From Myxococcota bacterium (lineage in GTDB: Bacteria > Myxococcota_A > UBA796 > UBA2385), in contig JBIJDH010000020.1 of assembly GCA_044344255.1 (NCBI GenBank), forward strand, positions 32,001 through 96,000: 64,000 nt of DNA. Direction: 5' to 3'. Positions 47,906 to 57,586 of this stretch are shown here, one piece after another. The notes under the pieces are model-generated. The model had not been told where the DNA came from, ran no database searches, and worked only from the letters and a program-made list of their open reading frames with translations. Both the position numbers and the translations under genes were made by a program. Positions within the stretch are counted from its first letter, which is position 1. The number at the start of each line of letters is the position of its first letter.

Positions 47906-49636
47906 TCAGCGGATCGGCCAGGCCGCCTCGGCCCCCTGATCGACGAGGGGCGCGCCGAGCCTCGCGCGCAGCAGGGCCTCGGTCCGGCTCCGCTCCGCCT
48001 CCCCCAGGGCCTCGCGGTGGAGCACCAGGGCGACGAAGCCGAGCTCACCGAGCCGCGCCCGCCGGGAGGCGCTCGGCGGGTAGAGCTGCCGCAGCGGCGG
48101 CTGGTCTCGGTTTCGGCTGCGTGCCGCAGGATCGTCGAGGGCGCGCAGGAGGTCCACCACCAGCAGGTCCGAGCGCAGGACCTCGGGCAGGAAGACGTTG
48201 ACCCCGTAGGGGATCGGCTGGCCGTGCGCGGTCTGCCAGGCCTGATAGCGTCGGTTGGCGGCCGTGGCGTCGGGGGGCCAGTCGAGGAGGGGCCCGTCGG
48301 GCAGCGCCGCGTAGATCGCGGGGAGCTCGAAGGCCGTCACCCGCGTGGGCCAGGGCGCGGGTGAGAGCAGCAGCGCCTCCAAGACCACGACCAGCGCTGC
48401 TCCATCGCGGAGCAGCCCCGCTCCCACCGCCGGCAGCCGCGCCGCGCCCGACCCTGCGAAGAGACCGAGCAGCGGCAGCAGGGCGACGACGAGGCGGTAG
48501 GGGTGGTGGACCCCCGCGAGGGGAGAGCCCGGCAGGTAGAGCAGGGCCAGCGGGAGGCGGAGGGCCTGCCCGCCCACCCGAACCAGCCGGCCATCCCAGC
48601 AGAGGGCCGGGCCGAGGCAGAGGAGGCCGTACAGGAGGGTCACGGTGAGGAGCGGGCGGAGGGATCGATCCCGCACGGCGGCCCACATCCCCAGCAGGAG
48701 CGCGACACCGCCGAGGTAGTTCACATGGAGGATCCCAGGGTTTCCAAGGGCCGGGGTGTCGGGGAAGTAGTGGGCGCCCGGGCGGATGAAGGTGAGCAGG
48801 TCGGTCGCCGGCAGGCCGTCCCCCTGCCAGCCCGGCGCGTTGGCCGCCGTGACCGCGGCCAGCGGGTCGGCGAGGGCGGCCTCGGCCAGCGCGGCGACCC
48901 CGAGGCAGGGCGGCGTGGCCACGAGGCCGAGCACGAGCAGCGGCAAGACCCGGGCCCTCACGCCCCGGCCGGGCAGGGCGCAGACCGCGAAGAGGGCCGT
49001 GAAAAGACCATAGTAGAGGGCTTGCAGCGCGCAGAGGCCCACCAGCAGCCCGGCGAGGGCGGCGAGGCGGAGCGAAGGGGGGCGCCCGCGCGGGTCGAGG
49101 CCGAGGGCGCGCAGGGTGGCCCAGACCGCGAGGACCACCGGCCAGATCCCCGCGTACTCCGAGAGCCCGGAGTGTTGCAGCCCCAGCAGGTAAGGGCTCG
49201 CGCCCACCACGGCGGCGGGGACGAGGCCGCCGCGCCCCGGCCCCAGCAGGTCGCGCCCCATCGCGTAGGCGGCGAGGGCGGCGGCGCCGGGCTGGAGGGC
49301 CTGCAGCAGGTCCCAGGCCCGCGCGAGGCCGAGGGGGCGCGCGGCCAGCATGAACAGAGCGCCGATGGGATCGGGGTACCAGAGCCGGAGCGCCCCGGGG
49401 AAGTGGGTGAGGCCGGTCTCGGCGGGGAGGCGCCCCCGGAGCAGCTCGCCGCCGAACCACCAGGCACCCTGCAGGTGGTCTGGCATGTCGGAGAGCGGGT
49501 GCCCGAGCAGGTCGCCGCGGAGGGCCGCGAGGAGCGCAGGGGCCGCGACGAGGGCGCCGAGGGCGACGACGAGGCCGAGCTCAACCCGAGCGCTCCTCGC
49601 CGATGGACCGCCCCCGGTCACTCCACGTTGACTCAC
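47906..49636 (-). CDS. Polytopic membrane protein, GT-C/YfhO-like glycosyltransferase architecture
   Basis: About 12 hydrophobic segments; N-terminal SD..H..W loop; NYLG, LCLGP, HPYRL and YQAWQTAHG.PI motifs; GTG overlaps the upstream stop. Confidence 0.6.
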   Translation of the reverse strand: MSQRGVTGGGPSARSARVELGLVVALGALVAAPALLAALRGDLLGHPLSDMPDHLQGAWWFGGELLRGRLPAETGLTHFPGALRLWYPDPIGALFMLAARPLGLARAWDLLQALQPGAAALAAYAMGRDLLGPGRGGLVPAAVVGASPYLLGLQHSGLSEYAGIWPVVLAVWATLRALGLDPRGRPPSLRLAALAGLLVGLCALQALYYGLFTALFAVCALPGRGVRARVLPLLVLGLVATPPCLGVAALAEAALADPLAAVTAANAPGWQGDGLPATDLLTFIRPGAHYFPDTPALGNPGILHVNYLGGVALLLGMWAAVRDRSLRPLLTVTLLYGLLCLGPALCWDGRLVRVGGQALRLPLALLYLPGSPLAGVHHPYRLVVALLPLLGLFAGSGAARLPAVGAGLLRDGAALVVVLEALLLSPAPWPTRVTAFELPAIYAALPDGPLLDWPPDATAANRRYQAWQTAHGQPIPYGVNVFLPEVLRSDLLVVDLLRALDDPAARSRNRDQPPLRQLYPPSASRRARLGELGFVALVLHREALGEAERSRTEALLRARLGAPLVDQGAEAAWPIR

Positions 49637-49647
49637 TCCACGTTGAC
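49618..49647. repeat. Exact 15-bp tandem duplication at a gene junction
   Basis: TCACTCCACGTTGAC twice (49618-49632, 49633-49647). Confidence 0.9.
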
Positions 49648-50925
49648 CGTGAGGTCGGCCACGGCCCGCGCCGGGCCGCCATTTCGAGGGTTGTACCAGA
49701 GGGTGTAGTACCAGACGGTCCCGGGCTTGTCCTGGGGCGGGCTGTCGGCCCACGTCAGGGCTTGCCCCTCCATCGGCGCGATCTCCGTGCCGGCGAAGAC
49801 CCGGATCCGCTTCGCGCTCCGCGTGACCGTCAAGCGGCGCGTCGAGAGCGCGCCCGCGGCACGGATCCGGACCCCGTCCGGAGACACCTCGAGCGGCAGG
49901 AGCTCCACGGCCCGCTCAGCGACCGCGTCGAGGGCGTCCACTGGCCCCTCCTCGGGGAGCATCAGCCGAACGAGGCGGCTCAGCTCCGGCGCCCCGCGGG
50001 CGGCGGCCTGCTCGCGTAGCGCGCTCGCCGAGTCTCCGTCGAGGGGCGAGCCGAGCCAGGCCGCGCCGAGGCGCACCAGCGCGATCCGCTCCCGCTCTTC
50101 GTTCGCGGCGCCCTCCACCGTGCTGAAGGGGCGCAGCCGCTCGCCCTTGGCGTTCCGCTCCGCGGCGTCGAGCTCGAGCTTGACCCCACCCTCTTCGGGG
50201 AAGAACACGCGGTTCGGGCTCGAATCGACCCAGGAGATGCGGGGCACCTTCAAGACCTCCCGGGCCTGGTCGAGGGTCCCCAGCAAGACACCCAGGCGCT
50301 GCAGCACCTCGTCGAGCGGGGCGGGGGGCTGCTCTCCCGCCTTGCGGGAGGCGCCCACCGGCGCGCGGATCCCCATCCGCTCCAGCGCCTTGGCGATGGA
50401 GGCGTCGGCCGAGATCCCCCCCGGCTTCCGCTCCGGCAGGGGCGCCCGGGGCGCGGAGGGCGGCGGGACCGCGGGCCGCGGGGGCGGCGGAGCGGGCGCG
50501 GCAGCGGCAGCAGGCGAGGCCACCGGGGCCGCCGGCGCGGTCACCGGCGAGGCCACGGGAGCGGCCACCGGCGCGGCCGGAGCAGGGGGCTCCGGGGGCT
50601 CCGCCGGCACCTCCACTCCCTCAGTCGGCGCGTCTGGGGCGGGCGCCGCCGGGCTCGCGGGCGCCTCATCGGCGTCGCCACGCTCCTCCTCGCGGATCTG
50701 CGTCCGTCCTCGATCTGCGCGCCGACGCCGCTCCGCCGGTCGGGCGTCGGGCTCGAGGTCGACGGGCAGGGGATCGGGGAAGAAGCCCCTCCAGAAATTC
50801 ACGAAGCCCGCGAGCGGGGTCGACTCGGGCTGCGCGACCTCCATCCCGAACAGGAGCACCACCAGGAAGGCGACCACCCCCCCGAAGAAGATGCTGATGT
50901 CCTCGATGAAGGGGTCGATGACCAT
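49633..50925 (-). CDS. Hypothetical membrane-anchored protein with Pro/Ala linker
   Basis: N-terminal TM; P/A-rich linker; C-terminal WAD..PGTVWYY, FN3-like. Confidence 0.65.
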   Translation of the reverse strand: MVIDPFIEDISIFFGGVVAFLVVLLFGMEVAQPESTPLAGFVNFWRGFFPDPLPVDLEPDARPAERRRRADRGRTQIREEERGDADEAPASPAAPAPDAPTEGVEVPAEPPEPPAPAAPVAAPVASPVTAPAAPVASPAAAAAPAPPPPRPAVPPPSAPRAPLPERKPGGISADASIAKALERMGIRAPVGASRKAGEQPPAPLDEVLQRLGVLLGTLDQAREVLKVPRISWVDSSPNRVFFPEEGGVKLELDAAERNAKGERLRPFSTVEGAANEERERIALVRLGAAWLGSPLDGDSASALREQAAARGAPELSRLVRLMLPEEGPVDALDAVAERAVELLPLEVSPDGVRIRAAGALSTRRLTVTRSAKRIRVFAGTEIAPMEGQALTWADSPPQDKPGTVWYYTLWYNPRNGGPARAVADLTVNVE

Positions 50926-51032
50926 TCAAGCCCTCGGGCGGCGGTAGCTCAACCGCCCTATCTACTGCGTCCATGCTCAGCCCGCCCCTGATCTGCCGGG
51001 CTCCGGCGGCCGAGGCCGGCTAAGCAGCCCCC

Positions 51033-52415
51033 GTGCTGCTCCTCACCGCCCTCGCCTGCCACCGCCCCGCGCCCGATCCCGTCGTGCTGATGATCAGCCT
51101 CGACACCACCCGGGCCGACGCGCTCGGCGCCTACGCCGACGTCGCCGGCTGGGGCCTCGAGCTCCCCGCGACCGACCGACCCGCCCCGCGCACCCCCCAC
51201 CTCGACGCCCTCGCCCAGCGCGGCGCCCGCTTCCAGTGGGCCCTCTCCCAGACCCCCACCACGCTGAGCTCGCACAGCTCGGTCTTCTCGGGGCAAGACC
51301 CCCACCAGCACCGGGTGCCGCGAAACGGCTTCCCCATCCCCGCCGATGTCCCCCTGCTCACCGAGCGCTTCGCCGCCGCCGGCTGGGACACCCTGGGCGT
51401 CGTGGGCGCGAGCGTGCTCTCTGCCGAGATGGGCCTCAACCGCGGCTTCTCCCACTACGATGACGCCGTCTCCCTCCAGGTTCGGCGGCGTTACGAAGAC
51501 CACGCTGACCGAGTCACCGACCGCGCCCTCGCCGCCGTCACCGACCACCACAGCGCCGGCCGCCCCCTCTTCCTCTTCGTCCACTACTTCGACGCCCACA
51601 GCCCCTGGGACTCCGCCCCCGCCGCCCTCCGCGCCGAGGCGCTGCCCCAGGGCTACCAGGGGGCGATCGACGGCAGCAGCGGCAGCCTCGACACCCTCAT
51701 CACCCTCTCGCGGGCCGGCCGCCTCGGTCAGGCCGATCGCCGCGCCGCGCGGGCCCTCTACCTCTCCGAGGTCGCCTGGGTGGATCAGGAGGTGGGGCGG
51801 CTGCTCCAGGGCCTCGATGACCGCGGGCTGCTCGACCAGGCGCTCATCGTCACCTTCGGCGACCACGGCGAGACGCTCGACGAGCTGCCCGGCCGGGCCT
51901 ACGGTCACGGCCTCGACGTCGAGCTCTTCGACCTGCACGTGCCCTTGATCTTCGCCGGTCCGGGCGTCCCGGTGGGCCTCACCGACGGGCGCCTCGTCCG
52001 CCTGCAAGACATCGGCTCCACCCTGCTCCCGCTCGCCGGCCTCGCGGGCGGCCTCGGGGAGGGGCGTGACCTCAGCCGGGCCTGGGCGCCGGGGGCCGCC
52101 GAGGAGGTAGATCCCCCCGCCTTCGCCGAGGCCACCAAGCCCGTCGATCCCGCCCCCGCCGCCTGGAACAACCTCCGCACCGCCCGCGCCGTCGCCGCCG
52201 AGGGCCTGCTCTACCGGCGCACCCCCTGGGCCGAGGCCCCGCCCACCCTCCGCCAGCGCAGCCCCGCCGCGCCGTTGGCCGCTGACCCCGCCGCCGAGGC
52301 CCGCCTCGACGCCCTCCTCACCGCCTGGGACGCCGCCGCCCCGCCGCCCCGCCTCGAGGACCTCTCCGAGGAGACTGAGGCCGGCCTCCAAGCGCTCGGC
52401 TACCTCGAGCGCTGA
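51033..52415 (+). CDS. Sulfatase/alkaline-phosphatase-superfamily lipoprotein
   Basis: Lipobox ALAC; ISLDTTRAD, TP.LD.LA, TLSSH.S.FSG, FVHYFDAH.PW, GDHGE, HG, HVPLI, LQALGY. Confidence 0.85.
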   Translation: MLLLTALACHRPAPDPVVLMISLDTTRADALGAYADVAGWGLELPATDRPAPRTPHLDALAQRGARFQWALSQTPTTLSSHSSVFSGQDPHQHRVPRNGFPIPADVPLLTERFAAAGWDTLGVVGASVLSAEMGLNRGFSHYDDAVSLQVRRRYEDHADRVTDRALAAVTDHHSAGRPLFLFVHYFDAHSPWDSAPAALRAEALPQGYQGAIDGSSGSLDTLITLSRAGRLGQADRRAARALYLSEVAWVDQEVGRLLQGLDDRGLLDQALIVTFGDHGETLDELPGRAYGHGLDVELFDLHVPLIFAGPGVPVGLTDGRLVRLQDIGSTLLPLAGLAGGLGEGRDLSRAWAPGAAEEVDPPAFAEATKPVDPAPAAWNNLRTARAVAAEGLLYRRTPWAEAPPTLRQRSPAAPLAADPAAEARLDALLTAWDAAAPPPRLEDLSEETEAGLQALGYLER

Positions 52416-52454
52416 CCGGCGCGGCGGGAGCGGCGGGAGCGGCGGGCGCGGTGG

Positions 52455-53519
52455 TCAGAGGTCCAGGGTCCACTCGAGGGTGGCCTCTCCCGGCCCCGTG
52501 TCCTTGCGGGTCTCGAGCTTGAGCACGCCGCGCGGACAGACGTGGGCGCAGATGCCACAGCCGACGCAGCTCGCCCGCTTGAAGTCGAGGTTCTGCATCG
52601 CGTAGGCCCGCACGTCGATGCCCATCTCGCAGTGGGTCGAACAATTGCCGCAACTAATACACATGTCCTTCTTTACGGTGATGCGGAAGCGCCCGAATTT
52701 CTGGATGAGGCCGAGGAGGGCCGCCATCGGGCAGCCGAAGCGGCACCAGACGCGGGTGCCCATCAAGGGATAGAGCCCGGTGCCGATCACCCCCGAGAAG
52801 ATCGAGCCGATCGCGAAGCTGTAGACGCCCTTCGTCTGCTCGGCGAGGCCGCGGATGGCGCTGCCCTCGGCGGCGTAGGCCCCCCCGATGACGAGGCCGA
52901 GCATGAGCAGCGAGGCGGCGAGCACGAGGTGGACGCTCACCTGCTCGACGCGCCAGGCTCGGCTCGACTTGTCGGACAGGTGGCGCCAGGGGTCACCGAA
53001 GGTCTCGGCGAGGCCGCCGCAGCCGCAGATCCAGGAGCAGTAGGCCCGCTTGCCTTTAAAATAGACGAGCAGGGGCAGGCCGACGAGGCTCCCGAACACG
53101 AACCACACCGCCACCGCCACCGGCATCGCCGCCAGCGTGGAAGGGAAGAGCAGATCGTACTTCAGGGGGAAGAAGTAGGACAGGTAGTAGGCCGGTTTCC
53201 CCGCCACGTCGAGCGCGAGGGGGAGCAGGAAGGAGAGGACACACTGCACCGACACCAGCGTCAGCGTGCGGGCCCGGTGGTAGCGGCTGTTGCCGTGCTT
53301 CTTCAGCATGAACCAGCCGCCCACCATCATCGCCACCGTATAGAGGAGCCCGTAGAGGGTCCACTTGCTCGGCAGGTGGAGGGCCGCCGCCACCGGGCTC
53401 AAGTGCTCATAAAAATAGAGATCGACGTAGAACACGATCAAGACCGCAGACAGGAGCCAGGCGCCGAGCCCTCGGTTGCGGATGGATGCGTCACGGATGT
53501 TCAGCAGACCGGCCTGCAT
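52455..53519 (-). CDS. Membrane-bound 4Fe-4S-binding (NapH/CcoG-like polyferredoxin) protein
   Basis: TM helices; GKRAYCSWICGCG, RVWCRFGCP, CISCGNCSTHC, CVGCGICAHVCP. Confidence 0.88.
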   Translation of the reverse strand: MQAGLLNIRDASIRNRGLGAWLLSAVLIVFYVDLYFYEHLSPVAAALHLPSKWTLYGLLYTVAMMVGGWFMLKKHGNSRYHRARTLTLVSVQCVLSFLLPLALDVAGKPAYYLSYFFPLKYDLLFPSTLAAMPVAVAVWFVFGSLVGLPLLVYFKGKRAYCSWICGCGGLAETFGDPWRHLSDKSSRAWRVEQVSVHLVLAASLLMLGLVIGGAYAAEGSAIRGLAEQTKGVYSFAIGSIFSGVIGTGLYPLMGTRVWCRFGCPMAALLGLIQKFGRFRITVKKDMCISCGNCSTHCEMGIDVRAYAMQNLDFKRASCVGCGICAHVCPRGVLKLETRKDTGPGEATLEWTLDL

Positions 53520-53520
53520 C

Positions 53521-54819
53521 TCAGGCTCCCTCGGTGAGGGTGGCGTCGGGGCGCACCCGGAAGGGGGGCATGAATTCTTCGTCGAAGCGGGCCTCCTCCA
53601 TGTGCTCCAGCGCCCAAGCGAGGGGCCGGCGCTCCGCGATCCAGCGCAGCCAGACCTGGTGGTCCCAGCGGGAGCCGAGGGCGTTCATCCCTCGGACCAC
53701 GCCGTCCTTACAGACCACCCGCAGCGTCACCGCCGAGCCGGGCTCGTGCTGGTACCAGGTCGACCAGCCCGGCCCGAGCTTCGGCTCGCTCGGGGGGATC
53801 CAGCCCGCCGTCGTGTACTCGACGTCGAAGAACTTGGCCGAATTGTAGAAGGTGCTCCGTCGATACGTGATCGCATCGCCGAGCATCGCCCGGCCGGCCG
53901 CCCGCCCCTGGTCACGGGCGGTGTACCAGAGCTGCTCCGGCCGCCGACTGCCGTCGGGCCAGGTGACCACCGCGCAGTCGCCCGCCGCATAGACGCCCTC
54001 GGCGCTGATCGAGGAGAGGTCGTCCTTCGTCTCGACGCCCCCGCTCTTGGGGTCGAGCGCCACGCCGCTCCCGGCGAGGAAGCCCGTGTTCGGAACGACG
54101 CCGATCGCCGCCACGACGAGGTCGACCGTGAGCTCGCCGTTGATCTGCCACCCGCCCCCCTGCCGCTCCAGCCGCTCGACCGGGTAGCCCGTCCGGCAGT
54201 CCACCCCGTGCCCGCGGATGTGCGCCGCCACCACGCCCGCCTCGCGGTCGTCGAGGGCCACGGGGAAGTACCAGGGCTCGCGGATGAGGAAGTGGGTGCG
54301 GAGGCCGCGCAGGCGCAGCACCTCGGCGGCCTCCACCCCGATCAGCCCGCCGCCGATCACCGCCACCGACATCCCGGGGCGCGCCGCCCGATCGAGGGCC
54401 TCATAGTCGGCGAGGGTGACGAACTGGTGCACTCCGCCCTCACCGGGGACCCCGGCCGCGACGCCCCCATCGAGACCCGGGTGGGGGAGCGGTCGGGCGC
54501 GGCTCCCGACGGCGAGCAGCAGCCGATCGTAGGAGAGGACCTCGCCCGAGCGGGTGTGGAGCCGGCGCGCGCCGCTGTCGAGGCCGACGACGAGGTCTCG
54601 CACGCGGCGCAGGCGCAGGCGCGTGTACAGGTCCCGATCGTAGAACTCGGTGTCCTTCAGGCGGAGCTGGCCCGCGAACAGGTACATCAAGGAGACGCGG
54701 GCGAAGGGGTGGTCGTGCTCGTAGGAGACCACCGTGATCTCGGCGCGGGCGTCGCGCTTCCGGATCGCGATCGCCGCCTCGATGCCCGCGACGCTGTTCC
54801 CGACGATGACGAAGTGCAT
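53521..54819 (-). CDS. FAD/NAD(P)-dependent oxidoreductase (pyridine nucleotide-disulfide family)
   Basis: VIVGNSVAG, YDRLLLAVGS, VIGGGLIGVE, AIGVVPN, VYAAGDC; 1 nt from the polyferredoxin gene. Confidence 0.9.
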   Translation of the reverse strand: MHFVIVGNSVAGIEAAIAIRKRDARAEITVVSYEHDHPFARVSLMYLFAGQLRLKDTEFYDRDLYTRLRLRRVRDLVVGLDSGARRLHTRSGEVLSYDRLLLAVGSRARPLPHPGLDGGVAAGVPGEGGVHQFVTLADYEALDRAARPGMSVAVIGGGLIGVEAAEVLRLRGLRTHFLIREPWYFPVALDDREAGVVAAHIRGHGVDCRTGYPVERLERQGGGWQINGELTVDLVVAAIGVVPNTGFLAGSGVALDPKSGGVETKDDLSSISAEGVYAAGDCAVVTWPDGSRRPEQLWYTARDQGRAAGRAMLGDAITYRRSTFYNSAKFFDVEYTTAGWIPPSEPKLGPGWSTWYQHEPGSAVTLRVVCKDGVVRGMNALGSRWDHQVWLRWIAERRPLAWALEHMEEARFDEEFMPPFRVRPDATLTEGA

Positions 54820-54948
54820 GGGGCCCGAGGGGGCTCGCCAGCGGGGGTGGGCGAGCGCTGCCTCCGCCCGTAACGGCGCGCGCGGGGCCAGGGCAGGCCA
54901 GGTCGGACGGGGGGCGCTTCGGGTCTCTGTCGCGGCGCCTCCCCTGTG

Positions 54949-55008
54949 GTCCCGCTGAAGGGAGTCCCGCTGACGGTTGTCCCGCGGAAGGGGGTCCCCC
55001 CGACCACC
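54949..55008. repeat. 15-bp-period intergenic tandem repeat (4 units)
   Basis: GTCCCGCTGAAGGGA / GTCCCGCTGACGGTT / GTCCCGCGGAAGGGG / GTCCCCCCGACCACC. Confidence 0.75.
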
Positions 55009-55082
55009 GTCAGCCTGGCATCCATCAAAACTGCATGATATTGGCCTTGATTCGGGTAGAATCCATCAGAATTGAGGTACCC

Positions 55083-55379
55083 TTGGACGACCTCCTCCTC
55101 GCGCTCACCCCCGCCGACGTCGAGGCTGCGCTGGCGCGTCGCCTCCGCGACGCGAGGCGGGCCCGGGGGTGGACCCAGGCCGAGCTGGCGACGCGGAGCG
55201 GCCTGTCTGTGGCGACGGTCGCCCGGCTCGAGCAGTCGGGACAGGGGCAGCTCTCGTCGCTCATCCACCTGTGCGGGGCGCTCGGACGCCTCGATGACTT
55301 CGACGCCGTGCTGAAGTCCACAGCCCCGTCGTCGCTCGCCGAGCTCCGTCGTCGGCAGGGTCGCGGGGGGGCCCTGTGA
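55083..55379 (+). CDS. hipB: XRE-family HTH antitoxin (HipB-like); alternative start ATG 55035
   Basis: LRDARRARGWTQAELATRSGLSVATVARLE; GAGG before TTG 55083; GTGA overlap with hipA. Confidence 0.8.
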   Translation: MDDLLLALTPADVEAALARRLRDARRARGWTQAELATRSGLSVATVARLEQSGQGQLSSLIHLCGALGRLDDFDAVLKSTAPSSLAELRRRQGRGGAL

Positions 55380-56635
55380 GGGAGCTCCGCGTCCACCTGC
55401 GCTTCTCGGAGGCAGAGGTCCACAGCGTCGGCACCCTGGCCGACGACGGCCACCGGGTCTGGTTCGAGTACGATCCTGCCTTCGCCGCGGGGCGGATGGA
55501 GATCTCCCCCCTGCGCCTCCCGCTCACGCGGTCTGGGCTGATCGAGCACCGGGTCACCGCCGGGGCCCCCATCCCGGGCGTGTTCAACGATGCCCGCCCC
55601 GAGGGCTGGGGCCTCAAGCTGCTGCATCGCGCCTTCCAGCGGAAGGGCAGGCCCGCGTCGTCGGTCTCGCCGCTCGAGGAGCTCGCCTTCCTCGGCCAAC
55701 ACACCATGGGCGCGCTGGTGTTCGAGCCATGCACCGGCCCGTCGGGCGACCTCGACGAGGCCGTCGCGCTCGCGGCGCTCGCCGCGCACGCCCAGACCGT
55801 CTGGGACGACCGTGTTCAGGTGGTGTTGCCGCACCTTGTCCGCGCAGGCGGCCCGTCCGGCGGTGCGCGGCCGAAGGCGCTCGTCGGGCTGCGCGCCGAT
55901 GGCGAGCCAGGCATCCGCTACGGTGAGGGTGAGCTCCCGGAAGGCTGGGACGCCTGGCTCGTGAAGTTCCCGACGAGCACCGACGATGCCGACGTCGGTC
56001 GCCGCGAGGCCGCCTGGATGGCGATGGCTCGCTCCGCGGGGATCGATGTACCTGAGTTTCGGGTGATCGCGCTCGAGGGGGTCGGCGACGCCTTCGCGGT
56101 GCGGAGGTTCGATCGCCCGGGTGGGGGTCGCCGGCGGCACATGCTCTCTGCGGCGGGCGCGCTCGACGCCGACTTTCGCACACCCGCTGCCGACTACGAG
56201 CACCTTCTCCGGATAACATCGCACCTCTGCGGGGGTGACCAATCGCAGATCCTGGCGATGTTCCGTCTGGCCTCCTTCAACGTGCTGGCGCTGAACGACG
56301 ACGACCACCTGAAGAACTTCGCCTGGCTCCTCGGACCCGACGGCGCGTGGCGGCTCGCGCCCGGCTTCGACCTCACCTACGCGCCCCGCCCCGACGGTGA
56401 GCGGTGGACCACCGTGGCGGGCGCGGGGCGGTCCATCGGCGGGGAGCACCTGCTCGCGCTCGCGGCCAGGGTCGGGATCAAGCCGCGCGCGGCACGACAG
56501 GCGCTGGAGGAGGTGAGCTCCGCGACGGCCGAGGTCCAGGCGCACCTCGGGCAGGCCGGTTGCCTCGGACCGGTCTCAGAGGCCGCCGCGGAGGCCGTAC
56601 AACAAGCGACGGCGAGGGTTCGCGGCGCGGCCTGA
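55376..56635 (+). CDS. hipA: HipA-family Ser/Thr kinase toxin
   Basis: FEY..ISPL..D.RPEGWG N-domain; GGARPKA, WLVKFP, AVRRFDR, NDDDHLKNF, LAPGFDL. Confidence 0.92.
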   Translation: MRELRVHLRFSEAEVHSVGTLADDGHRVWFEYDPAFAAGRMEISPLRLPLTRSGLIEHRVTAGAPIPGVFNDARPEGWGLKLLHRAFQRKGRPASSVSPLEELAFLGQHTMGALVFEPCTGPSGDLDEAVALAALAAHAQTVWDDRVQVVLPHLVRAGGPSGGARPKALVGLRADGEPGIRYGEGELPEGWDAWLVKFPTSTDDADVGRREAAWMAMARSAGIDVPEFRVIALEGVGDAFAVRRFDRPGGGRRRHMLSAAGALDADFRTPAADYEHLLRITSHLCGGDQSQILAMFRLASFNVLALNDDDHLKNFAWLLGPDGAWRLAPGFDLTYAPRPDGERWTTVAGAGRSIGGEHLLALAARVGIKPRAARQALEEVSSATAEVQAHLGQAGCLGPVSEAAAEAVQQATARVRGAA

Positions 56636-56659
56636 CGAGGCGGGGCCGATCGGCCGGGC

Positions 56660-57538
56660 TCAATCGGGCGAGAGGAGGCCCTCCACCGCGCGCTGAACCG
56701 CCTCCACCTCGAGCCCGGCGAGGCAGGCGTGGTCCCCGATCGGACAGACCTCCCCCCCAAAGCGGCTGCAGGGGCGACAGGGCAGCGCGCGCTCGAGGGC
56801 CACCCCCGGATAGGCCCAGAAGCCGTCGGCGGAGGTCGTCGGCCCGAAGAGGCCGACCACCGGCATCCCCGCGGCGGCGCAGAGGTGCAGGAGCCCGGTG
56901 TCTCCGGCCACCGCGAGGCGGCCGCGGCCGAGCGCCGCGAAGGTGGCCTGAAAGCCCGCCTCGGCGACCACCTCCGCCCGGGGGCCGATAGACCTCCCGA
57001 GCGCCTCGAGCAGCGGCCGCTCCGCCTCGCTGCCGAGCAGCAGGAGCGGCCCCGGCAGGCCCTGGGCCAGCGCCGCCCAGCGCTCGGCCGACCAGCGCTT
57101 GGTGGCCCAGGCGGCCCCCGGACAGAGGAGGATCGTGTCGCGCGGCCCCTTCACGTCGATCCAAGGCAGCGGCGCCACCGGCACCCCCGCCGCCGCCGCG
57201 TAACGGTCGACCACCCGCGGCGGCGGGGCCCCCACCTTGAGCCAGACGCGCAGACGGCGCCGCAGGTCCCAGCGGGCGACGGTGCGCCGAGGCAGGCCAC
57301 GGCCCACAGCCCGGCTGCGGAGCGAGCCCGCGAGGTCGACCACCTGCGAGAGGCCCGCGGGCATCGGATCTCCCGGAGAGATCACCCCCACCACGCCGGG
57401 GAGGCGTAAGGCGAGCTCCCGGTAGCGGGCGTGGGTGTAAAAGACCACCTCACCGAGGCCGCCGGTCACGGCGCCGGCCAGCACCACGTCTCCGAGCGAC
57501 GAGGGGCGGATGACCAGCGTCCGGCCTCCACCGCTCAT
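56660..57538 (-). CDS. Family 9 glycosyltransferase (LPS heptosyltransferase-like)
   Basis: LVIRPSSLGDVV, PGAAWATKRW, GDTGLLHL..A.G.PVVGLFGPT, CRPC..CP..HAC. Confidence 0.9.
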   Translation of the reverse strand: MSGGGRTLVIRPSSLGDVVLAGAVTGGLGEVVFYTHARYRELALRLPGVVGVISPGDPMPAGLSQVVDLAGSLRSRAVGRGLPRRTVARWDLRRRLRVWLKVGAPPPRVVDRYAAAAGVPVAPLPWIDVKGPRDTILLCPGAAWATKRWSAERWAALAQGLPGPLLLLGSEAERPLLEALGRSIGPRAEVVAEAGFQATFAALGRGRLAVAGDTGLLHLCAAAGMPVVGLFGPTTSADGFWAYPGVALERALPCRPCSRFGGEVCPIGDHACLAGLEVEAVQRAVEGLLSPD

Positions 57539-57586
57539 GCACCCGTCGCCCTCCACCCGGCCCCCCTCACCATGTCCCGGCCTCCC

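Noticed and set aside
54687..55268. Minus-strand ORF with a pentapeptide-like repeat (GTPFRGTTVSGTPFSGTT)
   Set aside because: It overlaps hipB and the oxidoreductase gene; better explained as a translation of the intergenic 15-bp DNA repeat.
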